From Bacteroidota bacterium (lineage in GTDB: Bacteria; Bacteroidota; Bacteroidia; Bacteroidales; UBA1402), in NCBI GenBank assembly GCA_030706285.1, contig JAUZOU010000003.1:1-35367 (forward strand): a DNA stretch of 35,367 bases, in the 5' to 3' direction. Below the pieces are notes generated by a model. That model saw nothing but the letters and a program-made list of their open reading frames with translations, did no database searches and was not told the DNA's origin. This document shows, one piece after another, positions 31,501 through 35,367 of this stretch (the stretch's first letter is position 1; every line of letters begins with the position of its first letter). A program made the translations under genes and the position numbers.

Positions 31501-33052
31501 TATATACGTTTTTCATCATCAAATCCCAAGTCGGTGCTGATGGTGAACAATTGGTTCCTTTCAACAACTTCAGAAACAAGGTTTGGGGTGCCTGGATGCC
31601 ATCAGTGGAAAATTCTCCGACTTGATACGTCTGCCCACCTTTCGAGTATTCATAGGCCACGGCCAAAATTTCATCACTGTTGAGCGCCTGCTTGAGAGAT
31701 ATATAGCCCAATGTACTGTTCAAGGTATATTCAGACGCATCCAAACGCCGGGCACTTTCCAGCCGTTCGTAATCTTCTCCTACCGCAAGGCCGATTGGTG
31801 AAAGCGTAGAATTGACATCGCTGAACGTACGGGCGCCCGCATATTGATTGGTAATTTCGGAATAAAGGCTGTTGCTTCCGTTGGATGGATAGGTTCCGGT
31901 CGAGGTCCAGTGTGAATTGCTGATGTATGCAGGTTCAGCCAGATCGGCAAAAGCGACAATGTTTCTGGCATTGTCCAATGTACTGGTTTTGTTGGTGACC
32001 CAGACTTCAACCTTCGTAACGGTCATACCGGAAGAGACATACGGTAATTTACTCATCCAGGTATCATAATGATCGCGAAAATAATGAGACAGGAAAAAAT
32101 GCCTGTTCTCATCATAGTTATCGACTGCCAGGTCAAATTTTCTGGACTGCGCACCGCCTTCGAGACTGACCGATTTTGTCTGTGAATTTTGTTGGGATAC
32201 CACCGTTGCCACAGATAACTTTCCGAACTGCAACTCGGTCTTGACTCCAAATAACGATGAACCGCCTGTGATCAGGGAACTGTTCAATGGCATGCTGACA
32301 TTACCGGCCTCTATCGACTTAATGATATCGTCCTCTTTGCCATCATAGTGTAATTTGACAGACTTGGCATCATAATTGAAGGTGGCCTGTGTGTCATAAT
32401 TCATGTTGACATCGATCTTGTCTCCCACTTTTCCATTGACACTCATCTGAATCTGAGGGTCAAAATTGAACATCGTTTTGTTTCGTGCCGTTTCAGATAA
32501 AGAGGGATTGTCCACTTTATTGGTTTTTAAGCCGAATTTAGTTTCAATGGATCCCTGCGTTTTAAGCCGGACGCCTCCTTCACCAAAAATTTTGTCACCG
32601 AGCCCAAGATCAAACTGCATATCCGTCAGGGAAAAATCCTGACCCTTTTTCGTATAATCAACCTTGTTTTTTTCTTTCCAATAAGCGGCAGAAGACTGTT
32701 GTTGCTGGTACTTCAGGTATTCCTGCTGGGTCAGGTTGATCGGGGTCCCGATTTTAGTATCGCCCAGGTAGGTGACCAGAGAATACAGTCCGGTTTCCGG
32801 ATCATATTCCACTTTAGACTCAATGTTCGATGGATTTTTCAAGTCTCCGGTTTTACTTTCCGTCAGGTCTTCCATCGTTTCCGGGATCGTTTTCGATACG
32901 GGATGAACCGGACGTTTGGCTTCTGCCAAGGCACTGTCTTGCTGTCCGGCAGCCATATTCACCTCAGTTTGTGGTGACGCCGCTGAAAAGATACTGAATG
33001 CACCGGCCAGTGAAAACAGTAAAAATAGCAGGATGGACAGTGGACGTTTCAA
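25589..33052 (-). CDS. sprA: Type IX secretion system outer-membrane translocon SprA (Sov)
   Basis: 2487 aa with signal peptide and TTG start. Motifs include IEAGNVSMPL..SLITG..SLFG, ENRHFFL, RWGGIMR, EYIEFWLMDP, WYQFKVP and WADELRL. Follows ruvA, as in other Bacteroidetes. Confidence 0.95.
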   Translation of the reverse strand: MKRPLSILLFLLFSLAGAFSIFSAASPQTEVNMAAGQQDSALAEAKRPVHPVSKTIPETMEDLTESKTGDLKNPSNIESKVEYDPETGLYSLVTYLGDTKIGTPINLTQQEYLKYQQQQSSAAYWKEKNKVDYTKKGQDFSLTDMQFDLGLGDKIFGEGGVRLKTQGSIETKFGLKTNKVDNPSLSETARNKTMFNFDPQIQMSVNGKVGDKIDVNMNYDTQATFNYDAKSVKLHYDGKEDDIIKSIEAGNVSMPLNSSLITGGSSLFGVKTELQFGKLSVATVVSQQNSQTKSVSLEGGAQSRKFDLAVDNYDENRHFFLSHYFRDHYDTWMSKLPYVSSGMTVTKVEVWVTNKTSTLDNARNIVAFADLAEPAYISNSHWTSTGTYPSNGSNSLYSEITNQYAGARTFSDVNSTLSPIGLAVGEDYERLESARRLDASEYTLNSTLGYISLKQALNSDEILAVAYEYSKGGQTYQVGEFSTDGIQAPQTLFLKLLKGTNCSPSAPTWDLMMKNVYTLGDAYNLQSDGFKLNVVYQSDSVGTDMTYLTEGKIKNTLLLKVMGLDRLNSKQQAYPDGLFDFVEGYTVQSTYGRIIFPVLEPFGSHLRQAIGDDALADKYVFEELYDSTLTVAQQLSEKNKFRITGEYKASSGATISLGATNVAQGSVTVTAGGQKLTENVDYTVDYISGTVTITNSDLITSGTAINATCEDQSTYSMVRKTMTGLALNYKFNDNFSLGGTMMHLSETPLTTKVDMGYESVSNTIFGVNTSFKTESQLLTNLVDKLPLIEATKPSSLTVSAEYAKLVAGTSSELKNVSYVDDFESAKKTYNLKDMTQWFLASTPYDPSGGLFPEAAKSNDLAYGYNRALLAWYSIDGTLNYNNSSQTPSHLRNDVDQLSNHYVRVVNEKEIFPDRDIAFNQVGILPVMNLAFYPKQRGPYNYDVDGMQADGTLSHPEKRWGGIMRKIESGYTNFESNNVEYIEFWLMDPFVYDSTDVATGGDLYFDLGEISEDVLKDGKRSFENGLPTNASDASLVSETAWGKVSSKSSTAYSFDNTAGVRVKQDVGLDGLSDEEEATWPGVSDYVKGVKAKLNPTALEEMTDDKFSPLNDPAGDDYHYFRGSDFDSKKTDILDRYKHYNGTEGNSLPPEYTNETYSTAATTLPNVEDINLDFTLNESERYYQYRVSLRPSDTIVGQNFINDKRVATVTLKNGKTAKVKWYQFKVPITDYEKKVGTINGFSSIRFMRLFLTGFQDSVILRFGTLELVRGDWRSYTKDLYTAGSVPISDATMDVSTVSLEENSGRSPINYKLPPGVEQETDPSQPGVYLEDEQSLALRVNNLSPNDARAIYKNTSYDFRQYKRIQLFVHAEALQNDLNPPKNYETTVFIRLGSDNQSNYYEYEVPLEISPFYVNTARSIWPENNYLDIPFDLFTKLKTKRNAVSGGNYTTEYSEYDPDNEQNKVKIKGNPTLSDVETIMIGIRNKSGTVKSLEIWADELRLSGFKDNGGWAALGSAVLNVSDLGTVTASGKYITDGFGGLEESVSQRRQDTYSQYNISFNTDLGRLFPEKAKVNFPFYYSISKERTLPKYDPLNEDLLLKDVLKSTKSKAVRDSILNYSQTLKTYKSMNFSNVRINLKSKTPMPFDPANFSFNYNSTESDEHDPTTEYEITQNYQGGVNYNYASPLKPWQPFANDKKMTSSWLKLLKELNLNFLPNSVTASSKLTRYYYELQSRNLSTTSAEELATPLTVSKNFLWNSDLVVNWNLTKNLKLNASVNNQAEVEETRYAPVNKALYATEYENWKDTVSRSLRSFGTPLNYSQTVNLTWQVPLNRLPAFDFLTLNSQYNAVYNWERSTTSGTDNDLGNQISNQRTMSMTASANMTTLYNKSAFLKKILAQANKPTPQRPVTTKKTEKQTAGKKAPDDKSVKPQDKKTPGAVPATPVKTSRKFEKEVNLFADSAILIKHGLKNKRVFAVAVDSAGKKVQLDYHIKDENSLAVKGPKDGTVKITVLQKPELEEEDWYKPVSFIARTLMSVRNVSVIYKQSDGLTIPGFKPETGLISQTDYGTAPGWDYALGFQGSDYLQKALDKNWLVLDTVMTPAYMTKNTDLRVKASLEILPSLKIEFNGARAWNFNTEIQYMYDGMPETRTGNFTMTTIALSTAFESSKASNGYRSKAFETFLANRSMIASRLEEKMAGKLYPSTGFLKDTPLAGSVYNKSNGAFDLNSADVLIPAFLAAYSGKDARTSSLDLFPGLLSMLPNWSISYDGLSKLEFIRKYFKSVTLNHNYTCTYGVSSFSTYSTWQNAGDGLGFVRDVLTNSAVPSSMYDISAVTLTESFNPLLRIQGTLNSGLTLNTEITKTRALSLSISGGQIIETDQNQIGAGTGYKLSDFHPWGFMKGSKVKNDLNLTGNLKYKDMHALLRKIEGDYTQASSGNKTFVVELSGDYTMSKNMNLVLFYDLESSVPLVSSYPVRSSDFGVSIRFSLTR

Positions 33053-33057
33053 TCGAG

Positions 33058-33648
33058 TTACAGCAATTTAAGCGCAGCCTTGACAACCTGCTCAACAGGC
33101 ATATCAGGAGCCTCAACCATTAATTTGTTAACCGCTTTTTGTGAAGCGGACAGAGGAAATCCAAGCATCTGCAACGCAGCCAATGCTTCCGAACGGACCT
33201 GGTTGCTGGTCGAAGAAACAAGTGGCATATCGGATTGCAACAGTTTCGATTTTTGAATTTTATCCTTCAGATCGACCAGAATGCGCTGAGCTGTCCTAAT
33301 CCCGATACCCTTGACGGACTGCAACATGGATACATTTTCACTGACGATGCCTTGTTTCAATTCCTCTACCGTCAACGAAGACAGGATCATACGGGCTGTA
33401 TTCGCCCCCACACCGGAGACGCCTATCAGCAGCAGAAAGATATCCCGTTCTTCCATTTTTGAGAAACCGAACAACAAATAGGCATCTTCCCGGATGGCTT
33501 CATACACATAAAGTTTGCACTCGGATTGCGATTGGATCGCCGTATAGGTATTCAGGCTGATTTGCAGAAGGTACCCTATTCCATGGTTGTCCAATACCAC
33601 TGATGTTGGCGTCAGTGATTCCACGTTTCCTTTAATATATTCGATCAT
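33058..33648 (-). CDS. ruvA: Holliday junction branch migration protein RuvA
   Basis: MIEYIKG, IREDAYLLFGF, HhH motifs VSGVGANTA and VKGIGIRTAQRI, and C-terminal EALAALQMLGF. Start at ATG 33648. Confidence 0.97.
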   Translation of the reverse strand: MIEYIKGNVESLTPTSVVLDNHGIGYLLQISLNTYTAIQSQSECKLYVYEAIREDAYLLFGFSKMEERDIFLLLIGVSGVGANTARMILSSLTVEELKQGIVSENVSMLQSVKGIGIRTAQRILVDLKDKIQKSKLLQSDMPLVSSTSNQVRSEALAALQMLGFPLSASQKAVNKLMVEAPDMPVEQVVKAALKLL

Positions 33649-33651
33649 AGC

Positions 33652-33764
33652 TGAGTCTGTTGATGGCACCGGCAGCCATACCGCCGGTTTTTTATAAACG
33701 GAAGAATGGCTGAAAACGTATGTGGTGTAGTAAAATATTGTCCGGCGGCACCATCAACAGCTCA
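33652..33764. other. Structured intergenic element with long terminal inverted repeat upstream of ruvA
   Basis: CTGTTGATGG (33657-33666) and CCATCAACAG (33751-33760) are a perfect inverted pair, extended by TGAG/CTCA. Inner inverted pairs are CAGCCAT/ATGGCTG and CCGCCGG/CCGGCGG. Confidence 0.7.
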
Positions 33765-33826
33765 AACTGTTCACTTGAGTAAATTTACCGCTTGTTACTT
33801 TTGACGTTGAAACACGTTATACTGAT

Positions 33827-34981
33827 TCACCGGTTAAGTTCGAGGCAGGCCATGATAAAAACGCCGGTGGCTTTGCCATCATCACTCCGGACCGGGGTAT
33901 GAATGTAATAATCGTAACTGCCGTCACGGTAGGGCGTTCCTCCCAAACCCGCCACTTCACAGCAATGAGTGATTGAAATGGTTCCATTTGGATTGGTTAC
34001 AATCAGGTGCTTTTTAATGCCTTTAAAGGCTTTCAACGCTATCTTCCTGTAACCGGCAGGCAAATAGCCCTTGTTCGTCGCTTTAGCGTAGAAATACATC
34101 ATCATGGCTGAGACAGAGCCTTCGAGAAAATTACCGTTCCTGTTTCCCTGATCGACGACCTGATACCAAAGGCCAGTTTGTTTATCCTGATACTTGAGCA
34201 TACCGTCAGCCAACGTTCTGACCAATTTAATCACGTCAGCCCGTTGAGGATGTGTGGCTGGAATGTAGTCCAGGTTATCCACCAATGCCATGGCATACCA
34301 ACCGATGGATCTGCCCCAGAAATTGGGAGACGTACCGGTTACCGGATTGGCCCATTTTTGAGAGCAGCTTTCGTCCCAGCCATGGTAAAACAGGCCGGTT
34401 TTCTGATCATAGGTATGTTTGGCTACCGTTATAAGCTGATGGATGGCCTCATCAATGCAGGCAGGCTGATTGAATGTTGCCCCGTATTGGGAAAGGAAGG
34501 GAGAAGCCATGTACAATCCGTCCAGCCACATCTGATGAGTGTAGACTTTCTTGTGCCAGAATCCACCGTCAGCTGTCCTTGGTTGTCCTTTAAATTGCTG
34601 AAGCAAAGTATCCATGGCCATCCGGAATCGTTTTTCACCTGTCGCTTCATACAGATAAAACAACACTTTACCCGAATTGATGAAATCCAGGTTATAGTTA
34701 TCCATTTTATAGAGATAAATTGAACCGTCTGAACCGATCAGGCTGTCTCCCCATTGATAGACATAATTGAAATACGTTTTGTTGCCTGTCGCTTTCCACA
34801 ATTTCATAAAGGCACATCCCCCAAGCCCTTGGGTATAGCCTGGAAACAAACGCGTTCCATAATCATACTGGTAAAGATGTGGAAAACGCACCATCTCAGA
34901 CTCCGCCATCCTGACAGACATTGTTGCCTGGATACCACCCAGCAGGCAAAGAAAAACAACTGTAAACATCAGTTTTTTCAT
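33827..34981 (-). CDS. GH105 (GH88/105) unsaturated uronyl hydrolase, Sec signal peptide
   Basis: YNLDFIN.GK, GGFWHKKVY, QMWLDGLYM, GLFYHGWDE, FWGRSIGW and CEVAGLGG. Likely start ATG 34981 (MKKLMF). Confidence 0.93.
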   Translation of the reverse strand: MKKLMFTVVFLCLLGGIQATMSVRMAESEMVRFPHLYQYDYGTRLFPGYTQGLGGCAFMKLWKATGNKTYFNYVYQWGDSLIGSDGSIYLYKMDNYNLDFINSGKVLFYLYEATGEKRFRMAMDTLLQQFKGQPRTADGGFWHKKVYTHQMWLDGLYMASPFLSQYGATFNQPACIDEAIHQLITVAKHTYDQKTGLFYHGWDESCSQKWANPVTGTSPNFWGRSIGWYAMALVDNLDYIPATHPQRADVIKLVRTLADGMLKYQDKQTGLWYQVVDQGNRNGNFLEGSVSAMMMYFYAKATNKGYLPAGYRKIALKAFKGIKKHLIVTNPNGTISITHCCEVAGLGGTPYRDGSYDYYIHTPVRSDDGKATGVFIMACLELNR

Positions 34982-35001
34982 CTGATAATCATTTTTTTTG
35001 T

Positions 35002-35074
35002 TTAAGGACAGATGCAACACCGCATGCCGATGATCCTCTGCTTGAGTGCCTGGTACAGGCATGCGCGTTTCATA
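35002..35074 (-). repeat. Structured intergenic repeat, copy B (homologous to 19906-19980)
   Basis: Shares AACACCGCATGCC and TACAnGCATGCnCGTTTCATA with copy A. Perfect 8-bp inverted arms CGCATGCC (35021-35028) and GGCATGCG (35058-35065). Confidence 0.8.
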
Positions 35075-35100
35075 AAAAATGTTCAATTTCCGTATGGTAA

Positions 35101-35108
35101 CAAAGTTA
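35101..35108 (-). promoter_or_regulatory. Candidate -7 promoter element for the GH105 gene
   Basis: Minus-strand TAACTTTG matches TAnnTTTG, 120 nt upstream of ATG 34981. Confidence 0.6.
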
Positions 35109-35142
35109 AAAAAAAGCAGAGAATCTTCCGACTTTCTGCTTC
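35108..35142 (-). terminator. Intrinsic terminator after the partial susD-like gene
   Basis: Minus strand AAGCAGAAAG-TCGGAAGAT-TCTCTGC followed by T8, about 40 nt after the stop at 35183. Confidence 0.75.
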
Positions 35143-35182
35143 TTTATTCAATGATAGACACTATCTATCGTATTTGTCCGGA

Positions 35183-35367
35183 TTAATTGGCTGACACCAG
35201 TTTCCAAGGGACAAAATAACCTCCGGCCAGAATCTTGGCCCGTATGGTTGCGGCATTGCCTTCATACTTCGGGCAAACCCGGTCTGCGACGATATTATAG
35301 TCGTTCCAGCGTTTGGCAACCCGGATCAATGCCGGATAAATTTTGCCCTCGCAGGGAAATTCAAGCA
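35183..35367 (-). CDS. 3' end of a probable SusD-family protein (partial; not in ORF track)
   Basis: Hand translation: LEFPCEGKIYPALIRVAKRWNDYNIVADRVCPKYEGNAATIRAKILAGGYFVPWKLVSAN*. LEFxxEGxxxxxLxR resembles the SusD C-terminal motif. Only 60 aa are visible. Confidence 0.6.
   Translation of the reverse strand, partial: LEFPCEGKIYPALIRVAKRWNDYNIVADRVCPKYEGNAATIRAKILAGGYFVPWKLVSAN

Noticed and set aside
33796-33803. Plus-strand TACTTTTG matching the -7 consensus
   Set aside because: It points antisense into the GH105 3' end with no gene to drive, and such a short motif is expected by chance.
1-35367. CRISPR arrays, tRNA/rRNA, IS elements, integrases, invertible promoters, defence genes
   Set aside because: None seen. 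The only repeats found are protein-level IPT/TIG repeats and the two-copy intergenic element.

Overview
Every supportable gene in this window is on the minus strand, and the gene content points to a Bacteroidales genome that encodes a type IX secretion system. Positions 1-24930 are a polysaccharide utilization locus (PUL) for beta-mannan/(galacto)glucomannan. In transcription order it reads: susC, susD, two IPT/TIG-repeat surface glycan-binding lipoproteins, Ig-CBM35-GH26 lipoprotein, CE7 esterase with an extra N-terminal domain, a 1525-aa GH3-GH5_7-GH26 fusion, GH130 mannosylglucose phosphorylase, GH27 alpha-galactosidase, GPH/MFS symporter, GH94 cellobiose phosphorylase, cellobiose 2-epimerase, and a GH5_2 endoglucanase cut by the window edge and absent from the ORF track. 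Upstream lie a 658-bp AT-rich spacer, sprA and ruvA, a GH105 gene and the 3' end of a probable second susD. The main observations are: (1) the three-catalytic-domain fusion with all catalytic motifs intact; (2) a ~75-nt structured non-coding element present twice, 15 kb apart, each time between a susD and the next start codon; (3) a dual GH130+GH94 phosphorolysis route sharing one epimerase; (4) a ~113-nt structured region with competing helices ending 3 nt before the ruvA start. Family calls come from motif recognition by eye. No searches were run, so novelty is unverified.
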